Below, in pieces: positions 52,023-61,564 of a DNA stretch of 64,000 nucleotides (position 1 is its first letter; every line of letters starts with the position of its first letter). This stretch comes from an uncultured Clostridia bacterium (GTDB taxonomy: Bacteria > Bacillota > Clostridia > Christensenellales > CAG-917): NCBI GenBank assembly GCA_934254715.1, contig CAKQLT010000001.1, positions 4,095 to 68,094 on the forward strand, written 5' to 3'. The translations under genes were made by a program, and so were the position numbers. The notes under the pieces are model-generated. The model was not told the DNA's origin. It did not search any database and saw only the letters and a program-made list of their open reading frames with translations.

Positions 52023-53708
52023 ATGGCAAATACGGCGTACAAATCCGACATCGAAATTGCGCAAAGCGCGAAAATGCTTCCTATATGCGACGTGGCGAAA
52101 AATTGCGGTATCGACTGCGAACTTTTGGAAAACTACGGCAAATACAAAGCGAAAATCGACTATGCCCCCGTTCTGAAAAAGGGCGGTAAAAAGGGCAAAC
52201 TCGTGCTTGTCACCGCAATCACCCCGACGCCTGCGGGCGAGGGTAAAACCACCACTACGATAGGACTTGCCGACGGATTAAGGCGTATAGGCAAAAAGGC
52301 GATAGTCGCGCTTCGCGAGCCGTCGCTCGGTCCGGTGTTCGGAATCAAGGGCGGCGCGGCAGGCGGCGGATATGCGCAAGTCGTGCCTATGGAAGACATA
52401 AATCTGCATTTTACGGGCGACTTCCACGCAATCGGCGCGGCAAACAACTTGCTTGCGGCAATGCTCGACAACCATATTCAACAAGGCAACGCGCTCTCGA
52501 TAGACCCTCGCAAAATCACTTGGAAAAGATGCGTAGATATGAACGACAGACAACTGCGTTTCGTCGTTGACGGACTCGGCGGAAAAGCGAACGGCACGCC
52601 GAGAGAGGACGGCTTCGACATCACGGTTGCAAGCGAGGTTATGGCGGTTTTGTGCCTTGCCGATTCGCTTGCGGATTTGAAAGAAAGACTTTCAAAAATC
52701 ATAGTCGCGTATACTTACGACGACAAGCCCGTGACTTGTGCGGATTTGAAGGCGCAAGGCGCAATGGCGGCACTCTTGAAAGACGCGTTGAAACCAAACC
52801 TCGTGCAGACGCTCGAAGGTACGCCGGCACTCGTTCACGGCGGACCGTTTGCCAACATCGCGCACGGCTGCAACAGCGTGATTGCAACCAAAACGGCACT
52901 TTATCTATCCGATTACGCTATCACAGAGGCTGGTTTCGGCGCAGACCTCGGCGCAGAGAAGTTTTTTGACGTCAAGTGCAGAAAGGCAAATCTCGTTCCC
53001 GACGCCGTTGTGGTCGTGGCAACCGTACGCGCGCTCAAAATGCACGGCGGTATGCAAAAACAAGACCTCGCAACCGAAAATATCGAGGCTCTCGAAAAGG
53101 GTATCCCCAACCTTTTGCGCCACGTTTCAAACGTCAAAAACGTGTTCAAACTTCCTTGTGTGGTGGCGATAAATCGCTTCCCGACGGATACAGACAAAGA
53201 GATAGAATTCATCACTCGCAAGTGCGAGGAACTCGGCGTAAACGTGCGTTTGTCCACGGTTTGGGCGGACGGCTCGAAGGGCGGCGAAGCACTCGCAAAA
53301 GAGGTGGTGCGCCTTTGCCAAAAGGAAAAGGGCGAGTTTGAATTTGCATACGCCGACGAGGATTCCATAACCGAAAAAATAGAAAAAGTCGTGCGCAAAG
53401 TCTACGGCGGCGACGGCGTTTCGATTACGCCCGCCGCGCAAAAGCAAATCGCAAATCTCGAAAAGTTGGGATTCTCAAATTTGCCCGTGTGCATTGCAAA
53501 AACGCAATATAGTTTTTCCGACGACGCAACGTTGCTCGGCGCGCCGAGCGGATTTACGGTGACGGTCAAGAACGTAAAAGTCAGCGCGGGCGCAGGCTTT
53601 ATCGTGGTGCTTACGGGCGAGATTATGACGATGCCCGGGCTTCCCAAATCGCCAGCCGCAGAGCGAATCGACGTGACCGACGACGGCAAAATAATCGGTT
53701 TGTTCTGA
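52023..53708 (+). CDS. fhs: formate--tetrahydrofolate ligase
   Basis: [23 protein letters not shown] and [18 protein letters not shown] are hallmark FTHFS motifs. Confidence 0.95.
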   Translation: MANTAYKSDIEIAQSAKMLPICDVAKNCGIDCELLENYGKYKAKIDYAPVLKKGGKKGKLVLVTAITPTPAGEGKTTTTIGLADGLRRIGKKAIVALREPSLGPVFGIKGGAAGGGYAQVVPMEDINLHFTGDFHAIGAANNLLAAMLDNHIQQGNALSIDPRKITWKRCVDMNDRQLRFVVDGLGGKANGTPREDGFDITVASEVMAVLCLADSLADLKERLSKIIVAYTYDDKPVTCADLKAQGAMAALLKDALKPNLVQTLEGTPALVHGGPFANIAHGCNSVIATKTALYLSDYAITEAGFGADLGAEKFFDVKCRKANLVPDAVVVVATVRALKMHGGMQKQDLATENIEALEKGIPNLLRHVSNVKNVFKLPCVVAINRFPTDTDKEIEFITRKCEELGVNVRLSTVWADGSKGGEALAKEVVRLCQKEKGEFEFAYADEDSITEKIEKVVRKVYGGDGVSITPAAQKQIANLEKLGFSNLPVCIAKTQYSFSDDATLLGAPSGFTVTVKNVKVSAGAGFIVVLTGEIMTMPGLPKSPAAERIDVTDDGKIIGLF

Positions 53709-53724
53709 TTTGAAACGTAACAAA

Positions 53725-53750
53725 AATCCGCCGAAAACGGCGGATTTTTT
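53725..53750 (+). terminator. fhs intrinsic terminator
   Basis: aatccgccg-aaaa-cggcggatt followed by tttt. Confidence 0.75.
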
Positions 53751-53807
53751 ATGCGTTTTTATATTCGTTTACGATGTTTTTTATGAGGCTTTATATTGAT
53801 TTTTATA

Positions 53808-54038
53808 TTATATTTCTTTAATACCCAAAATATAGTCGCTCGAAACGTCGAGAACGCGGCATAGTTTTGCAAGCGTGTCGAGTGCGGGAAAAATGTCCTT
53901 TTTCATATACTTCGACACGGTTTGAGGGGATACGCCGATTTGGCGCGCTATTTCTTTTTGTTCGATTCCGCTACTCTTTATTGCGTCGCGCAATCTTTGT
54001 TGTATATCTTTCAGTTCCATACCGACATAATCGCACAT
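53808..54038 (-). CDS. XRE-family helix-turn-helix regulator
   Basis: IEQKEIARQIGVSPQTVSKYMKK is a classic Cro/CI HTH. 70-76 aa, with the start at 54020 or 54038. Confidence 0.85.
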   Translation of the reverse strand: MCDYVGMELKDIQQRLRDAIKSSGIEQKEIARQIGVSPQTVSKYMKKDIFPALDTLAKLCRVLDVSSDYILGIKEI

Positions 54039-54082
54039 TGGGTGATTTTTATCTTGACAATCGTATATTAGGTGATTATACT
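54039..54082 (+). promoter_or_regulatory. promoter with flanking direct repeats (candidate XRE operator)
   Basis: TTGACA (54054), a 17-nt spacer, then TATACT (54077). The repeat ttRggtgattWt occurs at 54039 and 54068, bracketing the -35 and covering the -10. Confidence 0.5.
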
Positions 54083-54115
54083 GAACGTAGATAATTTTAT
54101 TATGAGGGGGATTTT

Positions 54116-54355
54116 ATGGGATTATTCGGCAAAATCAAGCAATATGTCACCGATATCGTTTCGGACGAAATCTCGCCGTGTGTTTGTCCGCATTGCGGAT
54201 TCCGCATAAGGACGGAAAAAATCAAAATCAAATGTTGCGATTGCGGTGGCGTAAATACAATCAGATGGGTGGGAAATCTGCCCGTTTGTATGAAGTGTAA
54301 CGGACATTATTATGAAAGATTTTGTCCTAAATGCGGGGGTAATTTAGATGATTGA
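54116..54355 (+). CDS. small four-CxxC zinc-ribbon protein
   Basis: GAGGGGG ribosome-binding site. 79 aa with CPHC, CCDC, CMKC and CPKC pairs. Confidence 0.7.
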   Translation: MGLFGKIKQYVTDIVSDEISPCVCPHCGFRIRTEKIKIKCCDCGGVNTIRWVGNLPVCMKCNGHYYERFCPKCGGNLDD

Positions 54356-55172
54356 CAAAAGAAAAAAGGTTTTAACGATTTTGGTTTTGATTGCGGTTTT
54401 GTTTTCGGCGTTTGCCGTTTTGAGCGGCTGCAGTCCCGAAGACAGTTCTTGGCCGCCGCGAGCATTGACGAAAAAGATAACGTTAACCGTTCACGTCGAC
54501 GACGAAACGTACAAAGTGGACGCGTACGTCGGAAAGGAAGTAAGCGTTGCAATGCAAGCGATTACGGCAAAAACGGGTTATTATCTGACGGGATATTACG
54601 ACAGCGAAAGCGGCGGACAAATGTATTTCGACAGCGACGGTCAGTCGGTGAGCGTATGGTCAAAGAGTTATCCCACCGAGTTTTATGCGCAGTGGGAAAG
54701 CGTCGATAACTTCGTGTTGGCGAACGGCGCGAGTTGGAAAGATACGTACAAATACTTCGGCGAGCGTTATTTGACGTTCCATTGCACGGACGGCTTCAAA
54801 AGAAGCGCGATTGCGGGCAACAGGTCAAGAAACGTGCATATAACCTTAAGTTTCAAGATTCAATGTCCGGCGTATGCGGGATTTGGCAACGACCCGAACA
54901 AAGACATTGACCGAGCGGTGTTTATTACAGACAAAAACGATTCGACGGCGGAAATATATGCGAAAAAATATTTTACCGTGCACGGACTTGAATACAACGA
55001 GTTTTCACTCGACTTTACCGTAAGCGCAAGAGTCTTCACCGAGAGCAGTTTCAACAACAAAAAATCTTTGGCTGTGTATCTCAAATGGCTCGGAAGCGAC
55101 TACTATCCGACGTATATCAAGGACGTAAAAATTTCTTGTTACATAATGCCGAACGAAAGCGGTAATATGTGA
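54348..55172 (+). CDS. lipoprotein with a Listeria-Bacteroides-type repeat
   Basis: 8-nt overlap with the zinc-ribbon gene. Lipobox LSGC. KTGYYLTGYYDSESGGQMYFDSDGQSV...FYAQW matches the Flg_new/InlB B-repeat pattern. Confidence 0.75.
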   Translation: MIDKRKKVLTILVLIAVLFSAFAVLSGCSPEDSSWPPRALTKKITLTVHVDDETYKVDAYVGKEVSVAMQAITAKTGYYLTGYYDSESGGQMYFDSDGQSVSVWSKSYPTEFYAQWESVDNFVLANGASWKDTYKYFGERYLTFHCTDGFKRSAIAGNRSRNVHITLSFKIQCPAYAGFGNDPNKDIDRAVFITDKNDSTAEIYAKKYFTVHGLEYNEFSLDFTVSARVFTESSFNNKKSLAVYLKWLGSDYYPTYIKDVKISCYIMPNESGNM

Positions 55173-55195
55173 GTCGAGTTATAAACAAAAAGCAA

Positions 55196-55223
55196 AAGGC
55201 GGGGATTTCCCGCCTTTGTTTTT
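55196..55223 (+). terminator. intrinsic terminator
   Basis: aaggcggg-gattt-cccgcctt followed by tgttttt. Confidence 0.7.
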
Positions 55224-55410
55224 GCGTGGGGTGGTTTTGAAAAAATATTTGTAATTGTTTTATTTGCGAATGGAAAAAACCTTTTGTAGGTTGTATAATG
55301 GATTAAAGATTCAACGGAACGAGTGCAAACGAAACGAAAATTGCAAGGGCGTGTTCGTAAATCACGACCCGACCGTACAAGAACAGATTATTGAAATATA
55401 GAGGTGAAAT

Positions 55411-56073
55411 ATGGATTTAATTCAAGCAATGAATCAAAGACACGCGGTTCGCTCGTATATAGATAAGAAAATAGAGGGCGAAACGGCGGCGCAACTTCAA
55501 AACAAAATCGCCGAAATCAACGAAGAAAGCGGACTCAAACTTCAACTCGTTTTGAACGAAGAAAAGGCTTTCGGCGGCAGAATGGCGCATTACGGACATT
55601 TTGAAAACGTAAAGAACTACGTTGCGGTCGTTGGAAGCAAAGACGCGAAGTTGAGTGAAAAAGTCGGATATTACGGCGAAAAACTCGTGCTTTTTGCGCA
55701 AACTCTCGGACTTAACACGTGTTGGGTTGCGTTGTCCTACGACAAAACCGAGGGCAACTACAGCGTGGATAAGGGCGAAAAACTTGCGCTTGTCATCGCA
55801 ATCGGCTACGGAAATACGCAAGGCGTGCCGCACAAGAGCAAATATCCCCAAGACGTGTGCAAAGATTTTGCAAATTCGCCCGAATGGTTCAAAAACGGCG
55901 TAAAAGCGGCGTTGCTTGCGCCTACCGCCATAAATCAGCAAAAATTCTCGTTTGAACTAAAAGGCGACAATGTGATTGCAAAACCCGGTATCGGTTTTTA
56001 TACCAAAGTCGATTTGGGCATTGCGGAATACCATTTTGAACTCGGCGCGGGCAAAAAGGTTTTCAATATATAA
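55411..56073 (+). CDS. nitroreductase-family protein
   Basis: The MNQRHAVRSY start motif, the family-typical length of 220 aa, and a GAGGTG ribosome-binding site. Confidence 0.8.
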   Translation: MDLIQAMNQRHAVRSYIDKKIEGETAAQLQNKIAEINEESGLKLQLVLNEEKAFGGRMAHYGHFENVKNYVAVVGSKDAKLSEKVGYYGEKLVLFAQTLGLNTCWVALSYDKTEGNYSVDKGEKLALVIAIGYGNTQGVPHKSKYPQDVCKDFANSPEWFKNGVKAALLAPTAINQQKFSFELKGDNVIAKPGIGFYTKVDLGIAEYHFELGAGKKVFNI

Positions 56074-56122
56074 AGTAACGACAAAATAGAATCAAAAGAG
56101 TATATTCCTAATATGCTTTTGT

Positions 56123-56866
56123 ATGAGAGTTATTCTTACGGGGGCATCGGGACGTATGGGCAAGCAGATGCTTGCCCTTTTTCAATCCGAGGGGGATATA
56201 GAGGTTATCGCCGTTGACAAAAACGACGGCGACGAGTCGGATTGCGTCGTAGCAAGATATTCAAACGTTTGCGACGTGAAAGAAAGCGCGGACGCAATCG
56301 TCGATTTTTCGTTGCATACGGCAACGTGCGAAGTGGTCGAATTTGCGGTGAAACGCAATATTCCGCTTGTGGTCGCAACGACGGGGCATACGGCATACGA
56401 GCGCGGATATATCGAAAAAGCGAGCGCGCAAATTCCCGTGTTCACGGCAAGCAATATGTCGATTGCAATCGCGTATCTCAAACGCTTTTCGGCAAAACTT
56501 GCGCAGATTTTTCCCGACGCAGACGTGGAAATCATAGAGGCGCACCACGCAAAAAAGATAGACTCGCCAAGCGGCACGGCACTTTCCGTTGCGAAGCGTA
56601 TCGTCAGAGAACGAGGGTTCGGCAAAGTCGTCGTCGGCAGAGGAATAGGCAGAGAAAAAGGGGAAGTGAACGTACATTCTTTGCGTATAGGCGCGTCGCT
56701 CGGCGAACACGAAGTGATAATCGACACGGCGGGCGAGCGCATAGTTTTGCGACACGAGGTTTTTTGCCGAAGCGTATACGCCGAAGGCGCATTGCGGGCG
56801 TTGCGATTTATCATTTCAAAGCCGAACGGCTTGTATGGAATCGAAGACTTACTGAATTTTCATTGA
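56123..56866 (+). CDS. dapB: 4-hydroxy-tetrahydrodipicolinate reductase
   Basis: GASGRMGK nucleotide loop and the EAHHAKKIDSPSGTAL signature. Confidence 0.9.
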   Translation: MRVILTGASGRMGKQMLALFQSEGDIEVIAVDKNDGDESDCVVARYSNVCDVKESADAIVDFSLHTATCEVVEFAVKRNIPLVVATTGHTAYERGYIEKASAQIPVFTASNMSIAIAYLKRFSAKLAQIFPDADVEIIEAHHAKKIDSPSGTALSVAKRIVRERGFGKVVVGRGIGREKGEVNVHSLRIGASLGEHEVIIDTAGERIVLRHEVFCRSVYAEGALRALRFIISKPNGLYGIEDLLNFH

Positions 56867-56936
56867 TGAAAGACGAAATGCTCATGATTTTGTCCGTGTT
56901 GCGTTTGTAGGCGGCTTGTGCTAATATAAAAACGAT

Positions 56937-57467
56937 ATGGATGCAAAAGAGTTCAATCGCAGAATTAAGAATGCGAGCAAAGACAAACAATCGTTTTTGA
57001 AGATTTATGAAGAGTACTATTCAAAAATAGTACTACATATTTCTGTGAAATTCGACGATTCGATTGCGCATGACATTGCGCACGACTTTTTTTGCAAATT
57101 GATTGAGGGAAAATTCGAACAAGTCGGCAGTGTGACTTCTCCGACGGCATGGGTTTATAAGGTGTGCGACAATCTTGCAATCAACAGTTTCAAGAAAGAC
57201 GCAAAATATGTTTCGATTGACGATTTCGACTTAGCAGGGAACGAAAGTGCTATTGACAGTCTGCTCGAAGTCAAAGAATTGTTTGAAAACCTCAACGAGA
57301 CAGAAAAAAAGACGGTTTATCTGCACGTTTTTGAGGGTTATTCGCTCAAAGAACTCGCTTGTCAATTCAAAATCAAATATGACAATTTCAGAAAAATGTA
57401 CGCGACAACGCTCAAAAAACTCAAAAAGATAATTGTCAATAATAACGGCGGTAAAAAGATAAAATGA
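56937..57467 (+). CDS. ECF-type sigma-70 family RNA polymerase sigma factor
   Basis: Region 2 (IAHDFFCKLIE, AWVYKVCDNLAINSFKK) and region 4 (FEGYSLKELACQFKIKYDNFRKMYATTLKKLK). The -10-like TG-c-TAATAT ends 9 nt before the ATG. Confidence 0.8.
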   Translation: MDAKEFNRRIKNASKDKQSFLKIYEEYYSKIVLHISVKFDDSIAHDIAHDFFCKLIEGKFEQVGSVTSPTAWVYKVCDNLAINSFKKDAKYVSIDDFDLAGNESAIDSLLEVKELFENLNETEKKTVYLHVFEGYSLKELACQFKIKYDNFRKMYATTLKKLKKIIVNNNGGKKIK

Positions 57468-58108
57468 AAGAAGAAAAACGCTTAAAAAAATATGCCGATG
57501 AGAAAATGAATAAATACAAAGATGACGAGTTTGTTAAATCGTTGTCCGATACTCATTTTGACAATACATCAAACAAAAAATTCTCATGGAAGTATGTAAG
57601 AGCCATTGCCGTCAGTTTGGTGGCTGTCTTTATCGTTGTGCTCTCGACCGTTATCGCAATCACTCAGAGAGAATGTGACAGCGAGTTATACGACATGATT
57701 CCATCGTCCGTATCGCAGATGAACCTCGATTTTGACTTTGTGCAGTTTGCCGATATCGCCGATGCGGAAGTCAATCTTATAGTGCTGAAAGATAGCAACG
57801 TTAAACAGTATTATTTTGCAAAAGTCAAACTCAACGGCAATGCCGATTTTTTTACGTTCGTTTGTGTGATTGATGATAAAGAGTATCCGTACGATTTTGG
57901 AGAATTCGAGCAAAGCAGACAATTTGGCGATTATCAAATAGGATATGAATTCTCAACCGAAAACGGCGATTCGGAAAGTTCACGTTATAGGGCTCGCGCA
58001 AGTTTGATAACCGACAAAGAAAAAATAGATATACATTACGAAGGTGAATCTGCGCTCAACGCCGATGCGTTTTTTGATATGCTGTCATCGATTTTAACAA
58101 GCAAATAA
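57464..58108 (+). CDS. single-pass membrane protein, probable anti-sigma factor
   Basis: ATGA overlap with the sigma gene. It has a short cytoplasmic N-terminus, one TM helix (AIAVSLVAVFIVVLSTVIAI) and a ~140-aa external domain. Confidence 0.55.
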   Translation: MKEEKRLKKYADEKMNKYKDDEFVKSLSDTHFDNTSNKKFSWKYVRAIAVSLVAVFIVVLSTVIAITQRECDSELYDMIPSSVSQMNLDFDFVQFADIADAEVNLIVLKDSNVKQYYFAKVKLNGNADFFTFVCVIDDKEYPYDFGEFEQSRQFGDYQIGYEFSTENGDSESSRYRARASLITDKEKIDIHYEGESALNADAFFDMLSSILTSK

Positions 58109-58204
58109 AAATATTTGTTGTAAAAATTTCCCATCTTTGGTTTTAGAATTGTCTATATATTGCGGCAATGAATTTTACCGTAAAATATTACGAGAGGAAA
58201 ACCT

Positions 58205-59404
58205 ATGAGAAAATTTATTATTAGTTCAACAGCCATACTAATTATGCTAGCCTGCGCTATTTGCACACTTCTACTCATACCGATTGATGAAAATATTGCG
58301 AGTGCGGCTTTGGAAACGGCGCATATAGAAAACTCATACGTCAATCTAATGAACGAGGAGTACGGATCTAATGTGCGCTTGGCAAAAATCAAACAATTAA
58401 GGGACCTTGATAATAACACATATACATTGTTGGAATGTGAGCCTACAGGATATGCTATTGTATGCAATGATGCAGAAACAATGGTAGAATATTCTGCTTT
58501 TAGTGAGTCTCCATATATTGGTTACAACGAAAACTTATATTATTTTGGCCCTACATATTTCAGTGTATTACAAGGCAATTCATTTGTCGATCTCATGAGC
58601 GGAGAGGTTCTTTTTTCTTTGGACAGCGAAGCAGAAGTTTTAGGAAAAGTACAAAATGCATCAAAGGATATGCATGACACTTTAGTAGCACAGGCGGCAG
58701 AATGCGGTGATAGTGTTTCTACCATGAGCGAGGGGTGCGATTTATATGGTACACATTGGACATGTGTAAATAATTATGGCTTTTTTACAACAAAAACAAC
58801 GAATGCGTCCTTCAGTTATTATCAAGAGGGCAATTCAGGTTGTTGCGGATACATTGCGGCATCATTATTGTTAGGGTACTATGATCAATTTGTGAAAAGA
58901 TGTGTTCCTGATAAATTCATGGAAATAGATAGTTACGGTTATAAAAGGTTTAAATATAGTAGTTCATCTGGCTATTATGGGAGCGGTGAGTTCACACAAC
59001 ATTTATTGAACTTTAAAACACGCAGCGACACAAGCACTACGTCAACAATAGTAAGAGAGTGTTTGACAAAATATTTTAATTATTACGGATATAAGAACAT
59101 GGGCATTTATGATATGATAACACCGTTATTTAGCAATTTAACACTCAAAAACTTAATTGATAAAAGCACTCCGTCAATTCTCTTTGGAAGTTTGGAGAAG
59201 CCAACTTCTCCGCCATCAACAGGACAGGCCGACGGACATGGAAATCATGCGGTTGTGGTTTATGGCTATCGAAAAGGCGCAAACAATGGATCTATTTATT
59301 CGTTCTTAGTTCACTATGGTTGGTCTGGACGGTCGCAATCGACAATAAACTATATAGGCACAAGCACATTTGGCTCAATGCTTAGATTAAGATATGCAAC
59401 TTAA
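58205..59404 (+). CDS. secreted papain-fold cysteine peptidase (C39-like/C10-like) with propeptide-like N-terminal domain
   Basis: Signal peptide. NSGCCGYIAASLLLGYYD (candidate nucleophile Cys) and GHGNHAVVVYGY (candidate catalytic His). The N-terminal NNTYTLLECEPTGYAIVCND resembles C10-type propeptide/inhibitor domains. AT-rich codon usage. Confidence 0.65.
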   Translation: MRKFIISSTAILIMLACAICTLLLIPIDENIASAALETAHIENSYVNLMNEEYGSNVRLAKIKQLRDLDNNTYTLLECEPTGYAIVCNDAETMVEYSAFSESPYIGYNENLYYFGPTYFSVLQGNSFVDLMSGEVLFSLDSEAEVLGKVQNASKDMHDTLVAQAAECGDSVSTMSEGCDLYGTHWTCVNNYGFFTTKTTNASFSYYQEGNSGCCGYIAASLLLGYYDQFVKRCVPDKFMEIDSYGYKRFKYSSSSGYYGSGEFTQHLLNFKTRSDTSTTSTIVRECLTKYFNYYGYKNMGIYDMITPLFSNLTLKNLIDKSTPSILFGSLEKPTSPPSTGQADGHGNHAVVVYGYRKGANNGSIYSFLVHYGWSGRSQSTINYIGTSTFGSMLRLRYAT

Positions 59405-59417
59405 ATAGGAGGCATTT

Positions 59418-60122
59418 ATGAAGTTAAGGGGTGCAAAAATATTGATATTGCTTGCGGCGATATGTTGCATATGCGTCACAATACTTTGGGGGTGCAATGA
59501 TACGATTTCCTACAGCAAAACGATTTTCATAGATGATTTTAGCGATACGTATACGATTTCTATACCCGTAAAAGTAAAAAATCATTCGGTGCTACCAACG
59601 TCACAAAGGTCGTTTGAGTATAGCAAAGGTTTTGATAAGTTGTACGAGGCCATATCGGCATCGTCGTATGCATCTTCGGTTTATAAAAGCGGCGGCAAAA
59701 TCATAGTTGACATTTGCGGTGTTGCGGAAAGAACGTATAGTTGTATGATTTATCAGACGGGGGAAAAGAATAAGTATATCGTAGATTCCATGACGTATGT
59801 TTTGGAATGGGCAAACAACCGTTCGATATTCTTTCCTTCATATCTGTTGAACAAAGAAATTGCACCGTCGGATGCAGAGGGAACGATATATCGTTGCGAA
59901 TTCGATATCGAGGCGTTGAAAAACTATTACATTGAGCGCGGTTATTATGCTCAAATCGACGGCAATACGTTGAAAGTTGTCTGTATGTTGAGATATCCGA
60001 ATTCGTCATTCGGCGACGAAAGCAATTATGGTTATAAGGCGATTGCGTGGTCTGTTGTTTATGAAAACGAAAACGATATAAGATTCGGCGATGTTTCGGA
60101 TGACTATAACATAAGGCTGTAA
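59418..60122 (+). CDS. lipoprotein of unknown function downstream of the peptidase
   Basis: AGGAGG ribosome-binding site, lipobox LWGC, 234 aa, AT-rich codon usage. Confidence 0.7.
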   Translation: MKLRGAKILILLAAICCICVTILWGCNDTISYSKTIFIDDFSDTYTISIPVKVKNHSVLPTSQRSFEYSKGFDKLYEAISASSYASSVYKSGGKIIVDICGVAERTYSCMIYQTGEKNKYIVDSMTYVLEWANNRSIFFPSYLLNKEIAPSDAEGTIYRCEFDIEALKNYYIERGYYAQIDGNTLKVVCMLRYPNSSFGDESNYGYKAIAWSVVYENENDIRFGDVSDDYNIRL

Positions 60123-60227
60123 AAAGCAAAACGGAAATCGGAAAAAGGGCGCAAACGAGCGTCCTTTTTTCGATTTGACAAAGAATATTATGTGTGAATT
60201 TGCTGCAAACTATTGTGGAGGTGAAAT

Positions 60228-60674
60228 ATGAAAATTTCTTACAAACCTACTATTTTGGCGGCGGGCGGAATATGCCTTATCGTTGCGCTGTTCGTGATTT
60301 GCGGTTGCTTTTGTGCGCCGAAAGAGGTTGCGGACGCAGGGTTTTGCGATTTGCTGACCCCCGAAATCGTAAAGTTCTACGAGGAAGAAATCGCAAAAGA
60401 GCAAGTTTTGTCCTCAAAGAGCGAGCAAAACGTAAAAGCGATTGCTTCTAGGTTCGGAATCGACGAGCAAAAGGCAAAATGCACAATATTGCTTTTCGAT
60501 TTTTCAAAGCGTACGGGCGGCGGAATAACCTTTCCCGAAATCGCAAATATGAGCGAGTTCAAGATGCTTGCGTTTGCAAAACAGCGCGGCGAAATCTACG
60601 GACAAACCCTCAGCAAAGAGGATAAGGAAGAATTGAAACAAAAGGCGTCCGCTTTGTTGGGAATCAGATTGTAA
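60228..60674 (+). CDS. small membrane-anchored/lipoprotein-like hypothetical protein
   Basis: GGAGGTG ribosome-binding site. N-terminal hydrophobic segment ending in ICGC. 148 aa. Confidence 0.6.
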   Translation: MKISYKPTILAAGGICLIVALFVICGCFCAPKEVADAGFCDLLTPEIVKFYEEEIAKEQVLSSKSEQNVKAIASRFGIDEQKAKCTILLFDFSKRTGGGITFPEIANMSEFKMLAFAKQRGEIYGQTLSKEDKEELKQKASALLGIRL

Positions 60675-60745
60675 TAATACGTCTGCAACGCTTGAAAAGC
60701 GCGCGCCGAAATGATATACTGATTGTATCAAGCAGGAGGCGTGGT

Positions 60746-61561
60746 ATGGACACTACTCAAAAACAGTTTTTGACCGCCAAGGCAAGACAACTTCGCGACG
60801 ACGTCATCGAAACTATCGGCAGATTCGGTTCGGGACACATCGGCGGCGCGATGTCGGTTATGGATGCATTGACGGTCATTTATTATGCAAAGGCAAACGT
60901 TGACCCGAAAAACCCCAAGAAAGCGGATCGCGACAGAGTGATTATGTCGAAAGGTCACGCGGGTCCCGCAATGTACGCGGTGCTGGCGGATTTGGGATAT
61001 TTCCCCAAAGAGTGGCTCGAAACCCTCAACAAAAACGGCACGAATCTTCCTTCTCACTGCGATATGAACAAGACCCCCGGCATAGATATGACGGCGGGCT
61101 CGCTCGGACAAGGACTTTCTTGCGCGGTGGGTATGGCTCTTGCGGCAAAGATGGACAAAAATCCCGCCACGATATACTGCTTTATAGGCGACGGCGAAAG
61201 TCAAGAAGGTCAAATTTGGGAAGCGAGTATGTTTGCGGGTTCGCACAAACTCGACAATCTCATCGTGCTTTTGGACTACAACAAAATGCAACTCGACGGT
61301 CCGGTTGCCGAAATCAACGACCTCGCGCCCGTCGAGGATAAGTGGAAGTCCTTTAACTTCTACGTTCAAAGCATAGACGGCCACGATATAGAGGCAATTT
61401 CAAACGCTATCGACAATGCGAAATCTCAACACGAAAGAGCAAATATGATCGTGCTTAACACCGTAAAAGGCAAAGGCGCGTCCTTTGCGGAAGCGGCGGC
61501 AAACTGCCACAGTATGAGCATTTCGGAAGAAATGTGGCGAAAGGAAACTAAGAGGTATTGA
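60746..61561 (+). CDS. transketolase, N-terminal (thiamine-diphosphate-binding) subunit
   Basis: GSGHIGGAMS, SKGHAGPAMY, and the GDGESQEGQIWEA ThDP motif. The ATG at 60746 follows AGGAGG. Confidence 0.9.
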   Translation: MDTTQKQFLTAKARQLRDDVIETIGRFGSGHIGGAMSVMDALTVIYYAKANVDPKNPKKADRDRVIMSKGHAGPAMYAVLADLGYFPKEWLETLNKNGTNLPSHCDMNKTPGIDMTAGSLGQGLSCAVGMALAAKMDKNPATIYCFIGDGESQEGQIWEASMFAGSHKLDNLIVLLDYNKMQLDGPVAEINDLAPVEDKWKSFNFYVQSIDGHDIEAISNAIDNAKSQHERANMIVLNTVKGKGASFAEAAANCHSMSISEEMWRKETKRY

Positions 61562-61564
61562 GAT

